This document shows, in pieces, positions 1 through 9,869 of a stretch of DNA of 64,000 bases. Source of the stretch: an uncultured Candidatus Melainabacteria bacterium (lineage in GTDB: Bacteria > Cyanobacteriota > Vampirovibrionia > Gastranaerophilales > Gastranaerophilaceae). Within the stretch, counting starts at the first letter, position 1; each line of letters begins with the position of its first letter. The notes beneath the pieces are model-generated. The model worked only from the letters and a program-made list of their open reading frames with translations. It ran no database searches and was not told the origin of the DNA. Where the stretch lies: contig CATLDC010000007.1 of NCBI GenBank assembly GCA_949902595.1, positions 29,496 through 93,495 of the forward strand, given 5' to 3'. The position numbers and the translations under genes were made by a program.

Positions 1-16
1 CGGTTCAGAAGCTCAA

Positions 17-931
17 ATGAGAATGGTTGAAAACTTCATCAAGGCTAACGATGTTAAGCAGCCTCAAGCATATTTGGAAGTATCAATCGTTGAGCTTAAC
101 GAACAAGGTAGCAAAGAGTTCTCTAACGATTGGTCTGTGCAGAGTACAGCATGGGGTGTAAGATTCCACGGTGGTAAAGTTAACGGCGGAAGAGAAGCTT
201 CTCCGGAAGCTCGTTGGTACGATTACACTTATAAACAATTTGTTGATGGAAAATGGAATGACGACGGAACATACACTCCGCCTCAATGGATTACTGTTGA
301 CGGACAAAAACAAAATGTTTACGGAAGCGGTTCTTATATCTCATGGCAGATGAACTACCTGATTGAAAACCAGAAGGCAAGAGTTCTTGCTAACCCGAAA
401 TTGTTGATTACAAACGGTCAGGAATCAGTTATCGACTTAACACAAGACTACGTTGAAAAGGTAACATCTGAATTCTTGTCATCATCAAGCAACGGTGTTG
501 GTGCAACAGGTACTGTTCAGAAAACATACACAATCGGTGAAGACCAGGGTATCAAGGTTACTTTGACTCCGTTCATTTCACCTGATGGTTATGTAACAAT
601 GAACGTTAAGCCTGAATACGCAACAGTAGCAGGTCAGGTTACATCAATGGGTCAAACCGGCGACAGAGATATTGCTGCAACATTGTTAAGCAGAAGAAAC
701 CTCGACTTGAAGAATGTAAGAATTAAAGATGGTGAAACATTGATTATCGCTGGTTTGATTCAGGAAACTGAAACAAAAACAGTTCAGAAGATACCTATGT
801 TAGGTGACTTGCCGGTAATCGGTTCTGTCTTTAGATCAACATCTACTTCTAAAGGTAAGTCAGAGCTCGTTATTATGCTCACACCAAAAATCATTAACGA
901 CGGCGAAGGTGCAGTAGCGGATAGTTTGTAA
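17..931 (+). CDS. pilQ: Secretin (PilQ/GspD family), C-terminal part; gene begins before the window
   Basis: Secretin C-terminal motifs: ARVLANPKLLITNGQES, LKVTLTP-like VTLTPFI, VRIKDGETLIIAGLI, KIPMLGDLPVIGSVFRS, ELVIMLTPKII. The frame is open back to base 2. Confidence 0.8.
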   Translation: MRMVENFIKANDVKQPQAYLEVSIVELNEQGSKEFSNDWSVQSTAWGVRFHGGKVNGGREASPEARWYDYTYKQFVDGKWNDDGTYTPPQWITVDGQKQNVYGSGSYISWQMNYLIENQKARVLANPKLLITNGQESVIDLTQDYVEKVTSEFLSSSSNGVGATGTVQKTYTIGEDQGIKVTLTPFISPDGYVTMNVKPEYATVAGQVTSMGQTGDRDIAATLLSRRNLDLKNVRIKDGETLIIAGLIQETETKTVQKIPMLGDLPVIGSVFRSTSTSKGKSELVIMLTPKIINDGEGAVADSL

Positions 932-934
932 TTT

Positions 935-2992
935 ATGTCTAAACAACTGGAAAAACTAAAGAATAGTATAAAACAAGAATACTTGAAAAACTTTGAATTA
1001 AACCTGATGAAATCATCAGGTTTTATTCCAGTTGACAAAAGACAGAACGACTTCTTTGTTATCCTGAATAAAGATAACGCGGGCGATAAGGGCAAAATCG
1101 AATCAATAGTTCGGGAAAAATTCAATAACCTGAACCCTAAATTCATCCCGATTACCGCAGGTGAGTTCAACGAGATTTTTGATTCAATAAATTCTGAACC
1201 AAAACAAGCACCACAACCACAGCAGCAACCGGAGGAAGCTAAACCTGAACAGCCGTTAGAACCAACAGCAGAAGAGATGCTCGTAAGCGTTGGCTGGATT
1301 ACTCAGGAGCAGCTAAAAGAGTGCAGCGAACTTGCGCAAAACAGAAATGTTCCTCTTGATGCAATATTCTTTGAAAAAGAGTATCTTTCTTCCGATAGAA
1401 TAGCATCTTATCTCAAGAAAAAATACGGGTTTGATGTTGTTACAAAATCGAATATTGTGGTTGATACAACTATTTTGAAGATGCTTCCTGATGATTTCGT
1501 GGAGAAAAAACGCACGGTTATTATGTCAATGGAAGGCAACAAACTCGCTGTTGCAATGGTCAATCCTAATGACAAATACACCGTGAGAGAAATTTCTCTC
1601 TCAACCGGACGCTCCTTGAATATCTATTGCATACCTTACTTTGAATACGAAATGTATTTGAAAGAATACATGCTCCAGAAGAAGAGCGAACAGGCTGCAA
1701 AAGAAACAGAACGTATTATTCAGAGCATTGAAGAAGAAGCAGCAGAGTTCAATAACGAAGAATCTCTCTGGGCTCAGGTTGAAAAAGAACTTCAAGACGC
1801 GAGCGGAAACGTAGCGAAATTTGTTTACAAAATCATTACCGACGCGATTGATGCAAAGGCTTCCGATATTCACATCGAACCTCGACTCGGCTACTATGTT
1901 GTAAGACTTCGTTCCGACGGTATCCTGAAAAAAGTGCTGGAAATTCCGGGCAGTATTGAACAGGCTGTTATTACACGTTTTAAGGTTCTTGCAAGAATGA
2001 ACATTGCAGAACACAGAAGACCACAGGACGGTACATTCTCTATTAAGTACAACGAAAGAATGTACGACTTCCGTATTAATACCTTGCCTGTATCAGGCAA
2101 AGAAAAGGTCGTAATCCGTATCCTTGCTCCAGCAGTGAGCTTGAAAACAGCTGGAGACAAGATGATTATTGCCGGAGCTTCTGAATCAGATATCGGCAAA
2201 ATCCATGACATGGTTCAGTCTCCAAACGGGATTATTCTAACCTCCGGCCCTACAGGTTCTGGTAAAACAACCACCCTGTACACAATTTTGAAGTCTTTGA
2301 ACAAAGAAGACGTAAATATTACAACAATTGAAGACCCGATAGAAATTAAACTTGAAGGTATTAACCAATCACAGGTTAATGCAAAGGCTGATATTACTTT
2401 TGCTTCCTGTATGAGAGCAATCTTAAGACAGGACCCTGATATTATTCTTATCGGTGAAATCCGTGACTTTGAAACGCTGGAAGTTGCTATCTCTGCTGCG
2501 CTTACCGGTCACCTTGTATTAAGTACCGTTCACACCAACTCAGCGGCCGCAACTGTAACGCGTTTGATTGAAATGGGTGCAAAGGATTATCTTGTGTCTT
2601 CTACGCTTACAGGGGTAATTGCACAACGTCTTGTAAGAAGACTTTGTGATAACTGTAAAGAAGGTTACTTCCCTACAGAAGAAGAGGTTAAACATATCAC
2701 GACTAATCCGGAAATGCAGCAACAGCTTATGAAGACAAAGCTGTACAGAAAGAAAGGCTGCAAGGATTGCGGATACCTCGGCTATACCGGCCGTCTTGGT
2801 ATTTATGAAGTAATGCCTATTACAAGAGAAATTAAGAAGTTGATTGCACAGGGTGCTCACGATATTGAAATTGAAGAAGCAGCTGTTGCAGCCGGAATGA
2901 ACACTCTTAAGTATTCTTGCTTGAACCACATTATTGAGGGTGCAACAACAACAAGCGAGTTTGTGAGAGTCCTAGGTTATGCTAACGAATAA
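935..2992 (+). CDS. pilB: Type IV pilus / T2SS assembly ATPase (PilB/GspE)
   Basis: ASDIHIEP, Walker A GPTGSGKTT, TIEDPIE, LRQDPDIILIGEIRD, GHLVLSTVHTN and a CxxC...CxxC zinc motif. Confidence 0.9.
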   Translation: MSKQLEKLKNSIKQEYLKNFELNLMKSSGFIPVDKRQNDFFVILNKDNAGDKGKIESIVREKFNNLNPKFIPITAGEFNEIFDSINSEPKQAPQPQQQPEEAKPEQPLEPTAEEMLVSVGWITQEQLKECSELAQNRNVPLDAIFFEKEYLSSDRIASYLKKKYGFDVVTKSNIVVDTTILKMLPDDFVEKKRTVIMSMEGNKLAVAMVNPNDKYTVREISLSTGRSLNIYCIPYFEYEMYLKEYMLQKKSEQAAKETERIIQSIEEEAAEFNNEESLWAQVEKELQDASGNVAKFVYKIITDAIDAKASDIHIEPRLGYYVVRLRSDGILKKVLEIPGSIEQAVITRFKVLARMNIAEHRRPQDGTFSIKYNERMYDFRINTLPVSGKEKVVIRILAPAVSLKTAGDKMIIAGASESDIGKIHDMVQSPNGIILTSGPTGSGKTTTLYTILKSLNKEDVNITTIEDPIEIKLEGINQSQVNAKADITFASCMRAILRQDPDIILIGEIRDFETLEVAISAALTGHLVLSTVHTNSAAATVTRLIEMGAKDYLVSSTLTGVIAQRLVRRLCDNCKEGYFPTEEEVKHITTNPEMQQQLMKTKLYRKKGCKDCGYLGYTGRLGIYEVMPITREIKKLIAQGAHDIEIEEAAVAAGMNTLKYSCLNHIIEGATTTSEFVRVLGYANE

Positions 2993-3012
2993 GTAATGAA
3001 GAAGAGGTTTTT

Positions 3013-4212
3013 ATGCCAATATACAGTTATACAGCACTTAAACAAGGTAAAGAAGTTGTAAGAGGAGAAATCACAGCTTCTGATTTGAAGGATGCTCGTG
3101 ACGTAATCCGTAAAATGGGCCTGGTTCCTACAAAGATTAGCGAGTATACAGATTCAAAACAGAAAAAGACTGCGCGTATATCAACACTTTCCTTGAGCGA
3201 AAAGATTGACTTCTTGTCGACTCTTCAAATCTTGTTGACATCAGGTATACCGGCCGTTGAGTCTTTAATGTTTATGGAACAGGAAGCTGCTAAGGCAAAA
3301 ATCAGGAATATGTCTAAAATTCTGAAAACCCAGATTATGGCAGGTTCAACTTTTGCAGATACTCTTGCAAGATATCCGCAGGTATTTGGGTATATATTTA
3401 TCGGTTTGATAAAAGCCGGTGAAGAATCCGGTGAATTGGAAAAAACTCTTGGTCGTATGAAAGACCTTCTTACAAAACAGGCAAATATTAAGGGGAAAGT
3501 TATTGGTACATTAATGTATCCGGCTTTCGTTGTTGTTTTGGCTTTTTGTATAACTCTTGTAATGTTGTTGTTTGTATTCCCAACGTTCAAGGAAATGTTT
3601 GAGTCACAGGAAAAAGCTTTGCCGCTTATTACTTCGTTAATGATTAATGCGGGAGATTTCTTGAAGACATATTGGTTTACAATTCCAATATTTATAGTAG
3701 CTGTAGTTGCATTCTGTTTTATGATGGTAAATTGGCAGCCGGCAAGAAATGTTTTAGATAGATTTGTGCTGAAAATACCTTTATTTAATAACCTTATTTT
3801 GTATTCAAATTATTCAAACTTTTTATCAGTAATGAGTGTGTCTTATGATGCAGGTATTCCGATTGTAGACTGTCTGCACCTTGGTGTAATCACTCTTACA
3901 AATTCAGTTTTGAGAAACAAGATGAGTAGCGCAATTGTAAAGGTTCAACAAGGTTTGCAAGTATCTCAGGCTCTTAAGGCAACAAAAGTTGTTCCGAGAA
4001 TGCTTCTGTTTATGATAGCAACAGGTGAGCAGTCAGGTCGTTTGGGTGACATGCTTGAAAAGGGTGTAAACTTCCTTGATAAGACACTGGATGGTATTAT
4101 TGATACAATGACCAAGATGATTGAGCCTTTAATGCTTTTGGTAATCGGTAGTATCGTATTGGTAATGGCACTTGCGCTGTACTTACCACTCTTCCAGTCT
4201 TATATGTCTTAA
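3013..4212 (+). CDS. pilC: Type IV pilus inner-membrane platform protein (PilC/GspF)
   Basis: AGEESGELEKTL, LMYPAFV, GEQSGRLGDML and IEPLMLLVIG...ALYLPLF; follows the ATPase. Confidence 0.9.
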   Translation: MPIYSYTALKQGKEVVRGEITASDLKDARDVIRKMGLVPTKISEYTDSKQKKTARISTLSLSEKIDFLSTLQILLTSGIPAVESLMFMEQEAAKAKIRNMSKILKTQIMAGSTFADTLARYPQVFGYIFIGLIKAGEESGELEKTLGRMKDLLTKQANIKGKVIGTLMYPAFVVVLAFCITLVMLLFVFPTFKEMFESQEKALPLITSLMINAGDFLKTYWFTIPIFIVAVVAFCFMMVNWQPARNVLDRFVLKIPLFNNLILYSNYSNFLSVMSVSYDAGIPIVDCLHLGVITLTNSVLRNKMSSAIVKVQQGLQVSQALKATKVVPRMLLFMIATGEQSGRLGDMLEKGVNFLDKTLDGIIDTMTKMIEPLMLLVIGSIVLVMALALYLPLFQSYMS

Positions 4213-4229
4213 TCGGAGAAAGAAGTGTA

Positions 4230-4511
4230 ATGGAAAACAACGAAATTTTAGAACTAACCACCTCTGCATGGAGAGAAAAGGTTTACATAGAAACAACCGA
4301 GCACGTTATTAAGGGCTATGTCTTCATGCCGAAAATCGGTAAGAGGAGCAGACTTCTTTCTGAAATCCTTAATACTAATAAGCAGTTTATAGCGGTCAAG
4401 AATTGTACTCTGGAATCAAAGTTGAACCCGCAAAAAGAAGTTGAAGAACACGAGTTTCTGCAACTCAATATCTCTACAATTCTTTTGATGAGACCTCTCT
4501 ATGAAGACTAA
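4230..4511 (+). CDS. Small hypothetical protein
   Basis: 93 aa ORF with GGAG RBS; overlaps the start of the next gene. Confidence 0.6.
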   Translation: MENNEILELTTSAWREKVYIETTEHVIKGYVFMPKIGKRSRLLSEILNTNKQFIAVKNCTLESKLNPQKEVEEHEFLQLNISTILLMRPLYED

Positions 4512-5322
4512 AACCTATGTAATAACAGGCGCAACATCAGGTATTGGTAAGGCACTGCTCTTAAAACTGGCAGAAGAAAATGTTGTTTTTGCCGGCTACA
4601 GAAACAAAGATCACGTATCTATGCTTCAGGAGATTTCTCCGAATATCTACCCTTTTTATGTGGATTACGCAAAACCCGAGACAATAAAACTTGCTGCTGA
4701 TTATTTGATTTCAAAGTGCACTAAAATCGACACACTTATAAATATTGCAGGCTGCGTTGTAGCAGGCCCTGTTGAGAAAATCGAGATGAGCGAAATCAGA
4801 CGCCAGTTTGACGTGAATGTGTTCGGACATCTTGAGTTCTCAAAACACCTGCTTGAAATCCTGACAGACGGCAAAATTATAAACGTAAGCTCAATGGCAA
4901 GCTTCGGAATCTTTCCTTTTATTTCACCGTACTGCGCGTCAAAACGCTGCCTCGACATGTTCTTTAATTCCCTGCTTGTTGAAAACAAAAAGAATATCAA
5001 GGTTGTTTCAATAAAACCCGGAGTAATTGCAACACCTTTGTGGGGCAAATCAGTTGATGAGAACTCAAAATACCTGAATAACTGCGCAGGCTACGAAAGA
5101 GAAATGGAATTTCTGATAAAAAATGCAGCTAAGAACCAGTCATCAGGACTCTCTATGGAAAAAGTTGTGAATACAATTCTTAAAGCAGACAGGGCAAAAC
5201 ACCCGAAACTTTCTTACACAGTGGGCTTGGATGCGTTTTGTGCAAGCTTTGTTGCTAAACTCCCTCAAAGTGTTGTAAATTGTATTATTAAGCAAGGTTT
5301 AAAGTGTAGAATCAAAAAATAA
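4501..5322 (+). CDS. Short-chain dehydrogenase/reductase (SDR)
   Basis: ITGATSGIG (TGxxxGIG), LINIAG, YCASK (YxxxK) and IKPGVIATP. Confidence 0.9.
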   Translation: MKTKTYVITGATSGIGKALLLKLAEENVVFAGYRNKDHVSMLQEISPNIYPFYVDYAKPETIKLAADYLISKCTKIDTLINIAGCVVAGPVEKIEMSEIRRQFDVNVFGHLEFSKHLLEILTDGKIINVSSMASFGIFPFISPYCASKRCLDMFFNSLLVENKKNIKVVSIKPGVIATPLWGKSVDENSKYLNNCAGYEREMEFLIKNAAKNQSSGLSMEKVVNTILKADRAKHPKLSYTVGLDAFCASFVAKLPQSVVNCIIKQGLKCRIKK

Positions 5323-5353
5323 TTGTAAACATTTGTAACAATTTCTCTCAAAT

Positions 5354-5384
5354 AGCGTTATTAAATTCCCGACATGTGGAATTA
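5354..5384 (+). promoter_or_regulatory. Promoter/operator-like motif shared with 14334-14363 and (reverse strand) 55181-55209
   Basis: AGCGTTATTAAATTCCCGACATGTGGAATTA versus AGCGTTATTAATTTCCAAAATGTGGAATTA; lies just upstream of the autotransporter start. Confidence 0.5.
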
Positions 5385-5407
5385 AAGTAATATACGGAAA
5401 TTTAATC

Positions 5408-8400
5408 ATGAGGATGTATGTTATGAATAAAGGCTGTAAATTAACATTAGTTGTCGCGTTTGCGGCTGTGATGATTTTTAGTGCGTCTGTTTATGCAGAT
5501 GATATTGTGGTGAATTTGAAGCCTCAGGATTCTCCGACTCTTGATTATTTCAAAGAAAATAATATCCTAATTCCTCATAAAGGTGCTTTTGATAAAACTT
5601 GGGTAGAAGCAGAACCTGTAATATCTCCAAGGAGCGCCTATACTCTAACAAAAGTAGAACAAAAATCTGATAATACAATAACCAGATATGAATGGGATAA
5701 AGCTGCACAATCACTCGTGCCTCAATATTATCGTGTTGATTTGAAGAAAACAGTGTATGGAGAAGGTGAGAATGTTAAATATTATGAGTGGTCAAAAGGT
5801 GCAGATGGCATATCTACCATGGTAGAAGTGTCTGCGCCTAGTGAAGGTAAAACAACAATTGAATATCGCTATAGTACTAATAAGTATGCTCAGGTGTATG
5901 ATAATAAAGCAGAGTTAGAAGATTTAGATAATACTAAATTTACACCAGCTCCTATAAAGATAAAAGAAGATGAAACAGTATCAATTGTTGATACTTTGTT
6001 TGTCAATAATAAATATTATGATGCTTCCCAAAGTGTCGATATATACGGAGGTGCATTGTATAATGCAGGTAATGTAGAAAATATTGTTGCGGATTTTATT
6101 GGTAACAATGTTTCAACTTCAGGTAGGTATAGCAATGCTTACGGTGCTGCGATTTACAATAGTGGTAAAATTGGTGATATAACAGGTGTTTTTATAGGAA
6201 ACAGTAGTATTTCGACTTCAGGAGGATATGCCAGAGCACGCGGTGGTGCGATTTATAACGCTGGTGGAACCATCGGTGATATTACAAGTGATTTTATAGG
6301 CAACAGTGTTTCTGCATTGAATCCTTCTCCAGATTTTGGTGGTGCTGGTGGTGCGATTTATAATGAAAACGGTAGTATCGGTAATATAACAGGAAACTTT
6401 ATTGGTAACATCTCTTCTTTAGATGGCGGCGGAATTTATAATAATGGTATCGTTGCTAATATTACTGGCGACTTTATTGGTAACCTCTCTTCTTCTAGTG
6501 GTGGTGCGATTCATAACGGTGGAACTATTGGTGATATTACAAGTGATTTTATAAAAAACAATACTGTATCTGGCTTCCATGGTTATGGCGGTGCGATTCA
6601 TAACCATGGAACTATTGGTGATATTACTGGCAATTTTACCAATAATAGTATCTCTTCTAATGGTTATCTTTCTTCTGTACACGGTGGTGCGATTCATAAC
6701 GCTGGAACTATTGGTGATATTACAAGTGATTTTATAAGCAATACTGTATCTGGCTCATATAAGGTTGCTGGTGGTGCGATTTCTAATGATAGTGCAACCC
6801 TTGGCAATATCACAGGTAATTTTATAGGCAACAGTTGTTCTTCTGAAGAGCGTGCTTTTGGGGGGGCCATTTATAACACTTATGATTCTAGGGAAAGCTT
6901 TATTGGTGATATCACTGGTAATTTTATAAACAACAGTACATCTGGCTCACGTATGGCTTATGGCGGTGCGATTAGCAATTTTGCTAATATAGGACAAAAA
7001 GACGACAATGGTAATATCGTGGGAGGTATTGTAAATTCTTCGTTTATAGGTAATCACGTTGATGTTAGTCGTATTGAAGACAATAGCCTTGATTATTTCC
7101 GTGGTGGCGCTATCTATACCTCCGAAGATTTGAATATCATATCTCGTGACAATTATACTTCTATCTTTAAAGATAATTATATTAATCAAGGTTCAAGCAT
7201 TGACGACAATGCTATATATATTGATGACTATAATCACACCCTTAACTTCCAACTTGAACATGGCGGAAAAGTGTACATGGCCGATAATATTCGAGGCGAT
7301 GTTTATAATGTCAATATTACAGGTGATAATATAAATGATACGGTTTTCTATATGCTAAACGACATGTACGGTGCAAACCTGACTACCTCAAACACCACCC
7401 TCAACACCATCAACAACGCTATTCACACCTACAACTTCAACACCTTCGCTCTCACCAGTAACACCAACCTGCATGTCGACGTCGACCTGGCCAATCAAAC
7501 CATGGACCGCCTCACCGCAAAAGAATACGGCGTCCACACCGGCACCCTCAACGTCTCAGCAATGCACCTCACCTCCGACGCTACCTCTGACCACACAGAA
7601 ATCCTCTTCGCTGACCCCGGCCTTAAAGACAATGTATCAACAACAGTTACTGAAGTCGCCTACACCCCGATACATAAATACAGTGTGAACTACTCCAACC
7701 AGGATGATGGTGGGTATTTTCACTTCGATCGCGCCGGTGCGTGCTCAAACAACCCCTCTGACTCCTTTAACCCGTCCGTGCTCTCCACCCCCGTCGCAGC
7801 GCAAGCCGGTGCCCAATCTGTTGTCAATGAAACTGTCCATTTCGCCTTCCAACACATGGACATGTTCTCCCAACTCCCGTTTGCACAACGAATCGCAATT
7901 ATTAATAACAACAAGTACGCAATAAACGACCCGACCCTTACCCCAAAATACGGCTCTGAGTTTGAAATGATAAACAAAGGCTTTTGGACCAAACCCTTCA
8001 CCAGCTTCGAGCGCATCAACCTTCACCACGGCCCTGACGTCGATGCCATTACCTACGGCACCCTAGTAGGCTTCGATAGCAATTTCCGTGAGCTTAAACG
8101 CGGGTGGTACAACGTCCAATCCATCTACGGCGGCTACAACGGCTCCCAATTAAGCTACTCCGGCGTAGACTCCACCCTCAACGGCGGTGTTGCAGGTATT
8201 ACTGAAACCTTCTACAAAAATAATTTCTTTACCGCAGTTACTGCCACTGCCGGTGCAAGCGTAGGCACCAACAATACTATGTATGGCAACGAAGATTTTA
8301 CAGTTCTCCTTGGCGGCATCGGTGCCAAAGGTGGCTACAACTTCGAGTTCAAGGATGGGAAATATATCCTCCAGCCAATCATGTTCGCGAACTACTCCTT

Positions 8401-8761
8401 CGTTAACACCTTTGATTACACCAACGCTGCCGGTGTGCGCATGAAAAGCGATCCTCTTCACACCTTCCAGATAAACCCTCAGCTTAAATTCGTCGCTAAC
8501 CTTTCTAACGGCTGGCAGCCTTACGCGAGCGTGGGTTTTGTTTGGAACGTGCTCAATTCGTCCAAAGTTAAGGCAGATGACGTGATACTGCCGAAAATGA
8601 CCGTTGATCCTTACGTGGAATACGGTCTAGGTCTCCAGCGCAACTGGAAAGAACGTTTCACGGGGTTTGCACAGGCGATGGTACGCAACGGCGGGAGGAA
8701 TGGTGTAGCTTTGACGTTTGGGTTCAGGTGGGCGATTGGGAAGGGGGGAGAGGATTTGTAA
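5408..8761 (+). CDS. Autotransporter-like outer-membrane protein with Pmp-type GGAI/FxxN repeats
   Basis: Signal peptide; about 10 GGAI(Y/H/S)N..G.IG.IT..FIGN repeats; aromatic alternating C-terminal ~300 aa consistent with a beta-barrel, ending ...GVALTFGFRWAI. Confidence 0.75.
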   Translation: MRMYVMNKGCKLTLVVAFAAVMIFSASVYADDIVVNLKPQDSPTLDYFKENNILIPHKGAFDKTWVEAEPVISPRSAYTLTKVEQKSDNTITRYEWDKAAQSLVPQYYRVDLKKTVYGEGENVKYYEWSKGADGISTMVEVSAPSEGKTTIEYRYSTNKYAQVYDNKAELEDLDNTKFTPAPIKIKEDETVSIVDTLFVNNKYYDASQSVDIYGGALYNAGNVENIVADFIGNNVSTSGRYSNAYGAAIYNSGKIGDITGVFIGNSSISTSGGYARARGGAIYNAGGTIGDITSDFIGNSVSALNPSPDFGGAGGAIYNENGSIGNITGNFIGNISSLDGGGIYNNGIVANITGDFIGNLSSSSGGAIHNGGTIGDITSDFIKNNTVSGFHGYGGAIHNHGTIGDITGNFTNNSISSNGYLSSVHGGAIHNAGTIGDITSDFISNTVSGSYKVAGGAISNDSATLGNITGNFIGNSCSSEERAFGGAIYNTYDSRESFIGDITGNFINNSTSGSRMAYGGAISNFANIGQKDDNGNIVGGIVNSSFIGNHVDVSRIEDNSLDYFRGGAIYTSEDLNIISRDNYTSIFKDNYINQGSSIDDNAIYIDDYNHTLNFQLEHGGKVYMADNIRGDVYNVNITGDNINDTVFYMLNDMYGANLTTSNTTLNTINNAIHTYNFNTFALTSNTNLHVDVDLANQTMDRLTAKEYGVHTGTLNVSAMHLTSDATSDHTEILFADPGLKDNVSTTVTEVAYTPIHKYSVNYSNQDDGGYFHFDRAGACSNNPSDSFNPSVLSTPVAAQAGAQSVVNETVHFAFQHMDMFSQLPFAQRIAIINNNKYAINDPTLTPKYGSEFEMINKGFWTKPFTSFERINLHHGPDVDAITYGTLVGFDSNFRELKRGWYNVQSIYGGYNGSQLSYSGVDSTLNGGVAGITETFYKNNFFTAVTATAGASVGTNNTMYGNEDFTVLLGGIGAKGGYNFEFKDGKYILQPIMFANYSFVNTFDYTNAAGVRMKSDPLHTFQINPQLKFVANLSNGWQPYASVGFVWNVLNSSKVKADDVILPKMTVDPYVEYGLGLQRNWKERFTGFAQAMVRNGGRNGVALTFGFRWAIGKGGEDL

Positions 8762-8766
8762 TAATA

Positions 8767-8795
8767 TAGTTGCAGCGCATATTGCGCTGCAACTA
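8767..8795. terminator. Perfect 13-bp hairpin terminator after the autotransporter
   Basis: TAGTTGCAGCGCA-TAT-TGCGCTGCAACTA followed by an A-run. Confidence 0.7.
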
Positions 8796-9009
8796 AAAAA
8801 AGCATAAAAAAAAGACCTTGTAGTAATGTAACCAAGGCCTGTCCGTTTAAATAAGAAGAGAGAGCTTTATATATCTATATAAAAAATCGTCAAGAATTTT
8901 TTTTGCTAGTCTGAATAAAAAACATTTACAATTTGTTACAATTTGCTTTGGGAAACAAAAATGAACTTTTTATTCTGGTTTTCGTTATACTTATATAGAG
9001 GTAAAAAAT

Positions 9010-9357
9010 ATGGATGATAAATGTTCAAAATACGAAGGTTTATTTGTTTTCTCTGATGAGGACACTCTAAAGCAGCACCTTGAGGAATGCGAGGAGTGCA
9101 GATTGGAGCAGCAAAAAATGGACAAAGTCTCTGAACTCATAGGCGAGGTAAAATTCCATTATTATGCTAAGAAGAGAAAATTGCCTAAACTAAGGGCGGT
9201 TTGCGCTTGCACGCTTTTGCTTTTTTCAAGTCTGACTTTCGGCTTTGTTGCGAGCAACGCTGATTTGATGGACACATTGAGGTACGGAGAAAGCTTGTCT
9301 GCTGAGGATTTGGGCTTCCCAGTTGATTCTTACGGACTTTTGATGGTGGATGAATGA
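9010..9357 (+). CDS. Putative zinc-binding anti-sigma factor
   Basis: HLEECEECR (HxxxCxxC) followed by one transmembrane segment; overlaps the ECF sigma start. Confidence 0.7.
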   Translation: MDDKCSKYEGLFVFSDEDTLKQHLEECEECRLEQQKMDKVSELIGEVKFHYYAKKRKLPKLRAVCACTLLLFSSLTFGFVASNADLMDTLRYGESLSAEDLGFPVDSYGLLMVDE

Positions 9358-9857
9358 ACTTTAACGAAATAATCAGAAACAATAAACATAACGTAAAAAA
9401 TATTATAAGACTTATAACAAAACAGGACAACGAAGATTTGGAGCAGGAAGTTTATATCAAGCTCTGGAAAAACGCCGATAAGTACGAAGAGCGCGGTACT
9501 TTCAAAAGCTGGGTAAACACGATTGCAAAGAATACTTCCAAGGACTACTTGAAATCTGCTGCGGTTCGAAACGAGCAGAACTCAACCTACGATGATTTTG
9601 TGCTAAGCAATATCAAGGACAAAAAATCGACTCCTGAATCAAGGGCGATAACAACCGAGCGCCAGAGGCGAATAATAAGGGCGATAGATTCGCTCAAGCC
9701 AAAGTTTCGGGAAGTTATCATGCTGTGCGAAATCTATGGCTGTACATACGATGATGCAGCAAAGAAACTCAATTGTCCAATTGGGACAATAAAATCAAGG
9801 ATTTATAATGCTAAAAAAGAATTGGCAGAAGTATTAAGTGATTTGATGAACGAATAG
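9354..9857 (+). CDS. ECF RNA polymerase sigma factor
   Basis: EDLEQEVYIKLW, FKSWVNTIAKN..KDYLK, region 4 YDDAAKKLNCPIGTIKSRIYNAKK. Confidence 0.9.
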   Translation: MNFNEIIRNNKHNVKNIIRLITKQDNEDLEQEVYIKLWKNADKYEERGTFKSWVNTIAKNTSKDYLKSAAVRNEQNSTYDDFVLSNIKDKKSTPESRAITTERQRRIIRAIDSLKPKFREVIMLCEIYGCTYDDAAKKLNCPIGTIKSRIYNAKKELAEVLSDLMNE

Positions 9858-9869
9858 AGAGGTAACAGA

